This document shows, in pieces, positions 12,827 through 24,689 of a stretch of 64,000 nt of DNA (the stretch's first letter is position 1; each line of letters begins with the position of its first letter). Origin of the DNA: Lepidodermella squamata (taxonomy: Eukaryota > Animalia > Gastrotricha). Under the pieces are notes generated by a model, which made no database searches, was not told where the DNA came from, and saw nothing but the letters and a program-made list of their open reading frames with translations. Made by a program: the position numbers and the translations under genes. The stretch is taken from NCBI GenBank assembly GCA_047495785.1, contig JBLDXI010000019.1, positions 62,001-126,000 on the forward strand, read 5' to 3'.

Positions 12827-14024
12827 ATGTCAACTGCTGTTCTTCCTCTAACTTGTGGCTTTCGCCACTACCACTGGGGTAAAATCGGCTCAGCTAGTAA
12901 AGTCGCTGAATTAGGAATAGCCGGTGGCCACTTGGCAGAAATTTCCGAGACCGAACACTACGCCGAGATATGGATGGCTTCCCATGCCAGATGCCCGTCA
13001 AAACTGACGGCGACTGGCGAACTTCTCAGCTCATGGCTTCAGAGAAACGGAACTCCAAACGGCCAGCTGCCGTTTTTGTTCAAAGTCCTATCGATTGGGA
13101 AAACGCTCGAGGTTCAAATCCACCCTAATAGGAGCGATGCGGTGAAGCTTCATGCAGCTCGGCCTGATTTGTACCCAGATTCGAATCATAAACCTGAGAT
13201 GATTGTAGCCCTAACTCCTCTTGAAGCCATGGCCTTCTTTCGACCGGCTAAATTAGTGGCTGAGTTTTGCAATCGATACCCAAGCCTTGGGAAATTGGTT
13301 GGAAAATCAGATATTTTCGACTTGGAAAATTCCAACCAACCTGGCAACGCCCTTCGGGCTGCATTTAGTCAAGTTTTGAAGGCCGATCAAGCCTTAATCG
13401 AGGAATCAATAGGTAGTTTAGTTCAGCAGCTGAGCGAAATCAATCGAGATTTGTCTGATCTGGAGAAGCTTTTCCTCCGATTGACCCGGGAATTCCCAGG
13501 CGATTCCGGTTGTTTTTCGCCATTTTTCATGAACTACTTCACCATGTCACCAGGTCAAGTCTTATTTATCGAGGCCAATATGCCGCATGCTTTCATCTCA
13601 GGCGACTGCATGGAGTGTATGGCTTGCAGTGATAACGTTATAATAAGCGGTCTGGTTGGAAAATCGCAATTTGCTGGCAACGTTGACGTTGATTCTTTCC
13701 TTCAACAAGCTAATTTCGACCTTCAAATCGACGGATCAGAACTTTGCCAGCCTAAGCAAATCGCCCCAGGTGTTGTCGAATTTTTACCACCGTTACCTGA
13801 CTTCAAAATTGTTCAATTCGAAACGACAGAAATCATTGATTGTGTGAATATTGGACCGTTCAATTCGCATGCAATTTTTATTGTAGTTGAGGGATCGGCT
13901 AAAAACGGACTTGATTGTCAGCAAAGGTTCGATTTGCTTTGTTCAAGCTGAGAATCAAGTCAAATTCGAGTCAACCCCCAAGGCAGAACACTTCAAAGGA
14001 TTTGCTGCAACCAGCAACGAATGA
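12827..14024 (+). CDS. MPI: Mannose-6-phosphate isomerase (type I PMI) homolog, intronless; C-terminus continues in another frame after ~13905
   Basis: YHWGKIG, YAEIWMASH, LPFLFKVLS, QIHP, DSNHKPEM, FPGDSGCF, PHAFISGDCMECMACSDN. Confidence 0.9.
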
Positions 14025-14088
14025 CAATAACAAATATTATAAAATAAAATGAAATATTGAAAATATTGAAAGGTATTGATTACTTGTA

Positions 14089-14416
14089 CAGCGTGTCCCA
14101 GAAGTTGTGCAACTATTGTTTAATTAGGCAATTTTTTTTAGACAATTCAAATATTTTGTTAATTAAACCCACCGAGAGAATATTCCATCTTTTATCCGAG
14201 ATTTAGCCCAAGAATTATAAAATTATAACCGGAGAAAACCTGGAATATCCCGATGGTAACTGGTAATTTTCGGTAATTTTACGCGGTTGGACCAAATTTC
14301 TCCGAACTTTTTTAATCCTATTAACAATAAGTGACTTACTTATTGATTACTATTCTCGTGATTTTTCGTCTGTCATTTTAGTTTTTCTTAGCTTGCTTTA
14401 CTTATGGGACACGCTG
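14089..14416. mobile_element. Tc1/mariner-type MITE
   Basis: TA|CAGCGTGTCCCAGAAG ... CTTATGGGACACGCTG|TG terminal inverted repeats. Confidence 0.75.
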
Positions 14417-14608
14417 TGGAATTACTTTCGAATGTGTTCGGCAATTCCACCTAAACCTTGTGAGATCACAAAGATGTTACGCTGCTTGTAAATCATGCAA
14501 CAGAATTGAGGTGAGAGTATATATATGTCGGTTCGGAAACGCTAAATTATCAAATCATTCTCAGCTTTTTGAATAATTTACCTATTTATTTCGATTTTTG
14601 CGAGCAGA

Positions 14609-15545
14609 ATGGGTGGTACAGCTTGGATTGTAGTCGGCGCAGTTGGAACCGCTATGGTTGTAACTGCCTTAATTGCGTTGGCGATCACACAAATGCAACA
14701 AGGTAAAAGACCTATTCCAATTTTGCTATTTTTAATAATTTGCTGTCAATTTTAGGTGCGAAAATGAAGGAGCAGGCTAGGTTGGCTGGAAAGGAGGCGC
14801 TGTTACCGAAGCCCTCCGTCGGCATAGGCAAGAAGGTGATGGCAAAATTACAAGGAAATTACACATCAAGCGAATCGGACGAATCGCCCGAAAATCCGAT
14901 GGTCGGCAAACTGCTCAACAAAACCGGCCTTGCCCCCGTGCTGAATCGACTGAAGGAGAAAATAGCGAATAAAACCGCCGTCGCTCGCAGCCGGTCGATG
15001 AACAAGCTGAGTCGAAAATTGACGGGCAAAACTGGCGAGAAGAACGAAACTCAAACGCCTGGGTTGGCTCGCGGGACTCTGCTGGCGATTAGCAATGTTC
15101 CGCTGATTCCGATCACAATCAGCGATTTCAACATTTCCACGATTGAAACTGCGCCGGTGGTTCTGCCAGCTGATTGGGCGTTGAATGCCTTGCGGTCGAC
15201 AACGCCTCGGCCGCGGCCTACCGGCTACTTCCCTTCGACACATTTTTCGCGAACTACGACTGCATCTAGGGTGACTGCAACCGTGCCAACCATTCTCGAA
15301 CGATTTGCTTTAGTGCCGATGAGAGCGATGACTACCACCCACCGGTCGATTATGATCCCGGCGCTTCGGCCGGCGTCTGGGTCTGACAACGAGCTAGCCC
15401 CTATCGAATTTTTTCCAAACACCGGCAGTATCCGCTACCTGAATAAGTAAGTTTTAGTGGCGGAAATGTTTGATTTATATAGTTAATCGCGTCTTTTATT
15501 TACAGAAAACGCCGCCACGTGGTCTCAGCGTCGCCTTCCGCTTGA
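14609..15545 (+). CDS. Unknown protein with N-terminal signal/anchor and Thr/Pro-rich region, paralog 1 (exons 14609-14702, 14756-15446, 15506-15545)
   Basis: AWIVVGAVGTAMVVTALIALAITQM; shares LLNKTGLAPV, ILERxALVP, FFPxTGSIRYL, KRRHV and intron positions with 17054-18028. Confidence 0.85.
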
Positions 15546-17053
15546 TCGAGTGATGTGAACAACTCTTTTTGTTCCAAAACTTCCAAGCTATTAATATCAA
15601 TTGCGGAGAACAATTTAATAAAATAAAACTAAAGTATTATCTCATTGTTCTTTTTGAAGCATTAGTTTCCCAGCCGATGATTAAACATTTAAGGTGGTAA
15701 CATGAACAGGCTTGCTGATTCAAAGGAATCAAGGTTATACGCGGATGATTCACGCTAAAATTTGGCAAGATTTTGTTATTTTTTTTCGGAAAAGTCTCAG
15801 TTCGAGCCTCATTCCGAGATGAATAATGCCAAACACCAAACAATATTGGTAAAATTATTGAAAAAATCCAAAGTATCACTGAGACCGAAATTACAAAAGA
15901 AAGCAATTTGAACTTGAGCCATACATTTTTTCAAAAATAGCAAAAATGGATACATTTAAAATGATGATTAATCATTCAATTCTATTTTCGAAGCCCTAAC
16001 TTCAAGCCATTGCTTTGCTTTGAGAATTCGCCAGAAATCACGGTGAGCTGCTAAAAATGAATGCAAATAATTACAGCTTTGTTGGTATGAGCACGGCTTT
16101 CCGTTAGCTCCATTTTCTAATCGATTGAATGGGATTCAAAGGAAATGTTGTTGCTGGATAAAACCTGGCAAATAAATTGAGCCCAGAAACCTTTACCGCC
16201 TATTATCCATGAATTTAGCCTTCAGAATGCGTCTCTCCAAAATCCAAATAAATCCTAAGTCATCATTACCTCCATATTCTCATGTGCAATGTTCTACGTT
16301 TTCTTGGGAATAACCCGTCAGTGTGCGAAGTAGGATTCTTGAGCTGAGGTGTTATTTTCCGGTGCCCAGCCTTTCCTGTGGTTGGCAACTCGAATGTGCC
16401 GACAGCAGCCCCAGCAACCCTGTACTTCTCGCCCTGGTTTCATTGGATGAAGCAAAATTGAATGAAAACTGGATGATAATAGTATGAAGGTCTCTATTCG
16501 ATAAGATCCAATATAATTCAGTAATTGTCTACCGGCAAATAGAAAAATCTTTTGTCTTAAATCTTAAACGGTTGGGAATTTCAATATACATGAACTAGCC
16601 GATAGATAATCGATGTCAGCATGCGCAAATATATACATGCTTGGGCTGATTTCCAGGATCCTCAAGGAAAGCTTTTAAAATTCGGGAACAGGTAACAATC
16701 GATGATTAGGACGTATTTTGGAGCGAAGCCGGCCTTTGATTTTGAAACTACCGTTTTAGCCATTCAAATTAATTTTCTTCACCAAATCACCAGCTAGTCT
16801 TCGCATCTCGTGAATATCTAGGGTCGATCGGGAGAAATTTTGTTACGATGATTGTATCGATATTACGCCTTCGAAAATCGCCGTAATTCAGCAGAGTTAT
16901 ACAACTTCATGTATCTAACAATCCTTTGCTCCATTACGCAACAACCAGATCATTCGGTATTTAACTCAGCTCGATATTCCAGTTTAGCATCAGTTCAACT
17001 CATTTCCCTTGGATAAATATATATTTATTTCATTTATTTTGATCTCAGCAGAA

Positions 17054-18028
17054 ATGAGCACGGCTTGGATTATTGTCGGCGCTGTTGGTACAGCTCTCGT
17101 TTTGACTGCTTTAGTTGGTTTGGCTGTCACTCAAATGAAACTAAGTAAGCTCAATTTATATCGATAATTTCTCTTTTTTAAATAATTATTTTCCAAAGAT
17201 GCCCAAGAAAAGGCCTTGGCGACGGCAGAGTCGGCTGGGAAAGCGGCCCAGTTGGCGAAACAAGCCGCCATTGGGACAACCAGTGCTAAACCCGACCTCA
17301 AAGAAGCGGTGAAAAAACCAGCTGAAGGGCTCGCGAAAAATTTCATCGATAAGGCCAATCACACTGCGCAAAATCTGCTCAACAAAACCGGCCTCGCTCC
17401 TGTTTTCAAGCACCTGAAGGACAAGGTCACGAATCGAACCGAATCAGCCCGAAATGAAGCCGAAGATCGCGAGCGCAATGAAACGGCGGTTCATGAAGTT
17501 TCAAACCGAACCATGACGCTGATACCTGGCAACTTTTCGAATCTTGGCCCGATTTCGTTCCTTCCGGTTGCGGTTGCTGATTTCAACGTGACCAATTTCG
17601 AGACGGTACCCCTGCTGCCGATTAACTGGGTCGAAATTGCGCTGCAATCGACTACGTCCAGGCCTCGTGCTACTACAGCCCGGTTTACTACGACAACGCC
17701 TCAACCGAGGACAACCCGGCCGTTTGTTACTGCTACGACGCCGAGCATTCTCGAACGACTGGCCCTGGTCCCGATTCGGACGACTACCCATCGACCGATT
17801 TTAATCCCGGCTCTGAAACCGGCTTCTGGTGCTGCTAATGAACTCGTCCCCGCTGAGTCGACCATGGAATTCTTCCCGGATACCGGCAGCATTCGATACC
17901 TGAAGCGACGATTCGGAAATGAGTAAGTTGGTCGCATGCTATTTTGATCATTTCGATTTTATCTCGTTAATTGTTTTAGCAAGCGACGCCACGTGGCCTA
18001 CTACCCTCAGCCGGCAGCCTCGGCCTGA
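17054..18028 (+). CDS. Paralog 2 of the above (exons 17054-17144, 17199-17922, 17980-18028)
   Basis: MSTAWIIVGAVGTALVLTALVGLAVTQM; same conserved blocks and intron phases. Confidence 0.85.
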
Positions 18029-18445
18029 AAACCCGGAAAACTTTCACGAACTTTTATCATAAATTTGTTGAGATTTTTACTCACGATGAAAAGCGCCTTG
18101 ATTCCGAGTGGAAATGTCAGAATAAACTGAACTGATTTTTCTTAACTTTAATGGGGTCTTATTTCGGTAATAATGCTCAGTTTCAAGATGAACTAATTTT
18201 CTAGGGCTCTTAGCACGGCAAATATTCCTGAAGACATACGTAACTGGTGTCAATCACTGTGAATAAACACCTTTCACCTGGTAGGTAATCATGAAGGGCT
18301 CGCAAAATTGGGTTATTTCAGACGACCAGCTGTTTAATTTAAACGAGGGTCAAAGGTCGATTTTTAGCGAGCTGAAATAATTTAAAATCGCAAAGAAAAA
18401 GGAAGGAAGTTTCCAAACAATTTTAGAGGTATGTTTGTTGAGAGA

Positions 18446-18503
18446 TTTGAACCTTCGAAACCTTTGAAATTTTGAACCTTTGAACCTTTGAACCTTTTTG
18501 AAC
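18446..18503. repeat. Short tandem repeat (TTTGAACC)n
   Basis: About six imperfect units visible. Confidence 0.6.
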
Positions 18504-18955
18504 TCAGTGATGTTCGTGATTATTATTTGAATTTCGATAATTTTTCGATATTTGAATGTTACCGGAACATAACATCGAAGACGACGAACCATTATTCTCA
18601 GACTGGTCCTTTTTCAAGTCTATTTCATGTTTTGGTTGTCATTTGAAAGATGGATTTTATTAAAAGGAATTTTTTAGATTTACCGGGATCAATGAGCTTA
18701 TGTTCAATTACAAAGTGTCCGACTCCTTTTTGTCTGAAATAAGACCGCCAGGGCTGCAGTATTTTGAATTTTTCAATCCAGGCACCAGATTTCATGTTTA
18801 TTTTTGCGTAGAAGCAAGTCCTGTTTCAGTCGCAAGTCTCCAGGGGCCACATGTTGGCCATAGTTTATAAAGCCCCATGGATCACGCAAAATCTTCATCA
18901 CTCGACATTTTTGTTTTGATTTTTCGTAATATTCTTTTCAATTTGCTGGCTATAA

Positions 18956-20119
18956 ATGGGCGAAAAACTCGCCGTTGTTGCAGCTTTTTCACTGCTGATC
19001 GTCGCCTCTAGTTGGGCAGCTCCGGTCAAGGTGAAACCGACAGTCAAGCCAGGTTCAACCGGGGATCGCAATTCAGGTAAGATTTTTTAAACTAAATCAT
19101 TTTCCGCCTTAGGAATTTTCCTGCTTATTTTAGAAACGTTTCCTTACGATGAAACCGGCTCAAGTGGCAGCAATGCTTTGCGAGCCGAAGACGGTGAATC
19201 GTTGACGATAATTGGCGACAGCGATCTGAACCCGAATGTTGAACAACTGCCTGCCGAGCCTGTCACCCAAATCGAAACCACTGCGACACCTGATTTGGCA
19301 GCAACTCAACCTATTACAAACCCGCCAGCTGCTGCAGCCGGGCCAGACAACACAGGCCGCAACTACGCCCCGCCTGGCCAACCGGCTGTTTACCAGCCGC
19401 CGGGTGCTCCGCAGCCTGGTTACTACCCTGCCGCTCCTCAGCAACCTGGAGCTGGATACCCGAACCAACCTGTGGGCTACTACCCGCCACCTGGTCAGGA
19501 CCCTGCTAGAGCTCAACAACCCGGCTACTACCCACCGCCCCAACAAGGTGCTCCAGGTGCTCAACCCGGCTACTACCCGCCTGCTGGTCAGGATCCTGCT
19601 GGAGCTCAGCAACCCGGCTACTACCCACCGCCGCAACAGGGCGCTCCTGGTGCTCAACCCGGCTACTACCCGCCCCCTCAACCAGGTGCTCAGCCAGGCT
19701 ATTACTACCCAGTCGCTCCTGGAGCACCCGGCAGCTACTACCAACCACCAGCTGGCGGCGCTCAACAGCACAGCGGTAATTTCTACCCGCCGCCGGGCCA
19801 GTACAACCCCTATCAGCCTCCGGGTGCTCCGGCTCCGGCGCCCGGGCCCTTCGTGCCGCCGCCTGCCGACCGAAAGCCGTTCCAATACAATGGCGCCTAC
19901 TACCAGCGCGTGACGTTCAAAATGCCTTCAACACGGCCATCTCACACAACAACATTGCAAACCTGGGTGTCTAAATCGCGCGGTACAGGCGAGGCTGGTA
20001 AAGATTTGTAAGTTATTTATGATTTTAAATTAGCTAAAATTCATGTTTAATTCTTTTACAGTTTCGTCAACAGCGGCAATAGTGTCGGCGGCTTTTTCTC
20101 TGGTCTTTTCGGCCGTTGA
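18956..20119 (+). CDS. Secreted Pro/Gln/Gly/Tyr-rich repeat protein (exons 18956-19076, 19134-20007, 20062-20119)
   Basis: Signal peptide MGEKLAVVAAFSLLIVASSWA; QPGYYPP repeats; ends GGFFSGLFGR*; AATAAA near 20157. Confidence 0.85.
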
Positions 20120-20267
20120 AGAAAACTGAAATTTCTTGTTTTGTTGAGAGGTCGCGAATAAAATGTTTTAATCGGAAATCCGGTCTTTTCACAATTTTTA
20201 TTTGAATTGAAAAATGCAGTAACGCATGGCAGTTTGATTAGAAAAATTGAGAAGTGAAGATTTGTTG

Positions 20268-21189
20268 TCAAGAAAATGAGTCCAGAGCTTCACGATGCTG
20301 TTTGACGCAAAACATATCTGCAATTGCCGTAGTCACATAGCAAGCGGCTAACACCGATCCGATCCCCTAAGAAAACAATTTGCAAAATTACAAAAAATAT
20401 TAATTAATATTAATTGGCACTTACAATTCCAGCAAATAACAGCAGTTCAACAACCTGGCCGTTCTCTTCCTCGTGACTGATTGTCGAGGCGACGTGGAAC
20501 ATTAAAATGATTGTCAGACACACGAGTGTGTACATAATTGCGAAAAATATGTCCTGGAATTAGGTCAAAATTTTAAAAATAATATTTTTGACACGTTTCA
20601 AAGGTCAAATTACCCCGTTGAAGCATCTAAGGGGAGCTTGCTGAGAGACGATTTGATATACAGCCCGAGCAACTCCTACAGCTAACGCAACTAGAAGCCA
20701 GGCCCAGACGGCAATCATACTTGGATCCAGTATAACAACACTTGCAATAATGCAGAGTTCAGCGACTGAGAAACCCTGGGAAATATAGCGATAAAATATT
20801 GAAATAATTTTATTCAATTTTTATAATACCAATTGCATCATCCGAATTGTGCCTCGCGGCGTCTTGAGCCTATTCAGAACCAACCGCTTCAATCCGACCT
20901 TGACCTTTTTCTTCGGCCCGCTAGGTTCAGGCAGTAGTTCGGTCCCGACTCGTTGCGTGTTTTCATCGAACATCACCTGCCAACCGATGTGTTTAGCATT
21001 GCCTCCGCCCGCCGATTGCGCGCCGTTATCATGCGAGCATTTTAATGAAAGATCTTCTGGCCCGAGGAGCGGGGCTGAAGGCGCGGGAGGCGGCGCTAGA
21101 TTGCCCGGCAGCTCACATTCCGATTTCGTTGAACAATCGACAGGCTCATGAATTTCACGATTAGCGATATCGGGATCAGGCTTTGTCAT
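20268..21189 (-). CDS. MARVEL-like 4-TM protein F (exons 21189-20830, 20775-20614, 20553-20425, 20366-20268)
   Basis: RLKTPRGTIRMMQL|GT motif, four TM segments; one extra intron relative to A-E. Confidence 0.8.
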
Positions 21190-22794
21190 AAAAAGGCCTA
21201 ATAATATGAAAACAAAATCCACCTAAATAATTCTTCCGCAACAAAACTGCATCCTAAATTTGTCTGACAATTTTGTTAAAAAAAATTAAATTAAATAAGC
21301 GCAGTGCAGTCGCGGTAATGTCAGCTGCAGACATTTTTTCTGCATTTTTTGATAAGACAAGTAAAAACGTAGATGAATAGGTTTTGTATCTAAAGAAAAC
21401 TACGATAAAGAGTAGCCGCTTTTTTTGCGTCACGGGTGCGTCGGTCATTTTTCGGCGCGCTTCTGTTTGCTATTACCCACGCTCTTTATATAGATTATAC
21501 TTGTCGCTATTTCGCAGATAAAGCCTGCCGTGAAAGAAGCCGGAACAGTGGGTGAGTAATAGACCGATAATAGCTTGTAAAACGGAATACAAATTTTATA
21601 AGGGTAATGAATTTATCATGCGCTTTTTTATCAATTTAGATGAACATATTTGATGACACGATGATAATGTGCGGCTATAGGAGTTACATTTTATAAAGAC
21701 CTGTACGACGCCAAGTTGTCGCTCGTTGACTTATTCTCTAGGGTAAAAACAAAAAACTGCGGCTGACATTGAAACAAAAAAAGCACACGCACTTGGAGTA
21801 TAGGTATATATGCAAAAGTAATAATGTGGGGTTATTGAGTATAATAGGCCTGATGAATGGTATTGTTTGCTTAACCACAGCCGCGCAAAAAAAGGAAACA
21901 GCGCGAGATTTTTTCATCATCGAATATCGAAGGTAGGTAATATCTATCTCATCAACCTTAAAAAAACCTCATCATTTTAGTTCGCATAAAATATTAGCTA
22001 TAGTAAAAAAAGAGCTGCATTCAACAATTCAGCAGATGTCTTGTAGTAAAAAGAGCCACCGGTAAAATCTACTGAGCCGCATTTAATATCAACTATATCG
22101 CCTTCACCATATGGATGCATTTAATTGATACCATATTGAAAAACCAATCAATATCATCGTGTTAGATGATACGATATAGCTGAGGGCTATAATATGCAAT
22201 ACACTAAGTTAATGAAATATTTACTGTTAAGCATGATTATTTTTCTGGAGAAAAATTGCATTAGTAAAACAAGGTCGAGCCGCTGGCTGAAAAAAAACTG
22301 CCAGCTACCTTTTTTTATTTCGCTTGCCTGTGTCAATGACGCACATCATTTTGCGTCAATTTGCATAATTAACAGCACGTCAATAAAAAATGGCTCGCAC
22401 CTAGCCGGCATTTCGCTGGCGTTTGTTACCGCGAATTATCTGACCAGTTTTATCGATTTTTTAACATCATTTTATCGGCTTTTGGCTATGCCACTGCTGA
22501 ATTATCGGCTTGTGCAGCTGACGGGAAAAGTTGAAAAGTTAAAGTGTTGCCGCGTTGTAGTAGCCCGGTCTCGAGATTGAGGTGAGAGAGGCCTCTTAAC
22601 ATTTACTACAAGTTATTCTCTTCATTTGTTATTTGAATACAAAGGTATAAAATGTTGTTGAAAACGCTGCTGTAATTTCGAGAATGAATGCCCCTTGCTC
22701 AAGATATTACGAAATTTCATTAGCGCCGACAATATTATGCTAGTTGCAAGCAAAAGTCACCTGTGGGACTCGTTGTTATCACAACAAAACAACA

Positions 22795-24092
22795 ATGTTT
22801 AAAATACAAACAGTTGCCAATGTTTTATTTATCAGCGTTATTTCGCTCACTAATTTATCACTCGGCTCTCCAATAAACGACGATTTTACTTATCAAATAG
22901 CAGGCTTGGATGGCGATGAGGCAGGCTGCTTGTTGCCGAGTTCAGTTGAAAATGGATCACTTCGCAAGAAGGATGGCGAATTCTATCATTCGCCGTTTAA
23001 CAACACGGATATAGCTCCGTTTGGCACGAAAATTTACCTGGCTTGTGACAGAAATCACACGGCACCTGAAGGCAGGCAAGAGTTCGATTGCGATCCTGAT
23101 AGCGGCTTATGGCGGCCTGAAATTCCTTCAAAATGTATCTTCAAAATGGAAGGTATCACAAAATCGCGATAAAATTTATAAAACTTTTCCTACAAAATTA
23201 TATTAAGGAGGATTTTTTATCATTTCAATCCTCTTGAATATTTCTTAATAATTTATTTTCTCGAAAAAAAAATTTAAAATTATTTTCTCGAAATTGTCAC
23301 CAAAATAAAAGCTTGGATATTTTTCAAGATGGGCGCTTGAATTTAAAAAAAATTAAAATTAAAATTTGGAATTGTTAAAGATCGTCCTCTTTGTCATCCA
23401 ATTCAAAGAATTTTCTGATTTTTTTATTGAATTATTGTTTTTTTTATTTAGAATTCGAGCCATTGACAGTTATTGCCGATTTATGGGACAATGCCACTGT
23501 TCCTTACGTGTTTTCGGATCTATTTCCAGCTGAATTATCCAACCGAGTTAAAGCAGCCATGCTCAAAATCAGCTCAAACACCTGCGTGAAATTTAAGAAT
23601 CTAGCGGACAACAGTTACGAAGACCCGGTTGAAAATTACGTCGAAATTCACTACGACGAAACAGATGATCGATGCGTGTCATCCTTCGGCCGAGTCAACT
23701 ACGCTGAGCCGCAAACAATCACCCTAGGACCGTCATGCTTCATCGAACAGAGCGGGATTTACTTCACGCTATTGTCAACTCTCGGCCTTATTCAAGAGCA
23801 CCGGCGGCCGGATCGCGATGAACATATCGACGTTATTTGGGATAATATCGACAAAAAGGCGTGGTTTATGTTCGAAAAGTACGATGTGGCTGACGATCGG
23901 TTACTAGCGCTGCCTTACGACCTGAAATCAGTCATGCATTTCGGTCAGAAAGAGTATGCTAGGAAACCTGGTTTGGTAACCATCCAACCGAAAAACGTCG
24001 ACTCAGTCTTCGATTCGAAAAACGAACCAACATCGACCGATTACATGAAAATTTCGGCGTTGTATTGTGTCAAATTCAGGAATTTGTCGTAA
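22795..24092 (+). CDS. Secreted Sushi/CCP + inactive astacin-like protein (exons 22795-23152, 23452-24092)
   Basis: Signal peptide; CLLPSSVENG..C..C..W..P..C; astacin blocks TCVKF, CVSSFGR, EHRRPDRD, PYDLKSVMHF. Confidence 0.9.
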
Positions 24093-24689
24093 AAAATAAA
24101 AATTTGCATTATCAAATGTTGATAATTTTGTTCTCATTAAATCTCCGTACTCAACAATTTTAGGTACATATTTCAGAGCAATTTTCCAGTGGATTTAATT
24201 TGAATAATGGCCGAAATTCTACCTGCCGATTAATTGAGGAATGTTTATTGTAAACGCATCTAGCTTGTTGTTATCGTGCAACTTTTTGCAACAGGATGTT
24301 TCTTCTCACTTGCTTGTAATTTAGCGGCTGTTAAAAAGTTCGCATTTTTTGTAAACACTCATAACAGAACAATGCCGGGATTAAACTACGCGCATACCTT
24401 TATTGCAACACGCGACATCAGGTGACAATCGCGCAGCAGCAGACGTCGGCTAGCAAATTTTTGGGCACGCCGCGAAGGATTTCGGGATCATCCTGCTAAA
24501 CAAGCTGTCTCAACTTGACAATAACAGCACGCATGGTATCTCGTTGCGCACTTTTTCGCCGTCGTTTTTTCCCCAGTATTTATTAGCATTTTATAGTTTG
24601 TACTTAATTTTGTGGCCTTGACTGACTGTAATCTGACTGATGAAACCTCTCTTGTCGTCATAGTTTCAGCCATCAATTATACATTTATC

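Noticed and set aside
14580-14610. Acceptor-like sequence just before ATG (also ~17050) suggesting trans-splicing
   Set aside because: A 5'-UTR cis intron explains it equally well (GTGAGA donor near 14511); needs 5' reads
15637-16760. Coding-like minus-strand stretch between the two paralogs
   Set aside because: Multiple stops and no recognisable motif
19160-19913. Alternative-frame and antisense ORFs over the QPGYYP gene
   Set aside because: Shadows of a GC-rich repeat; only one frame joins the signal-peptide exon
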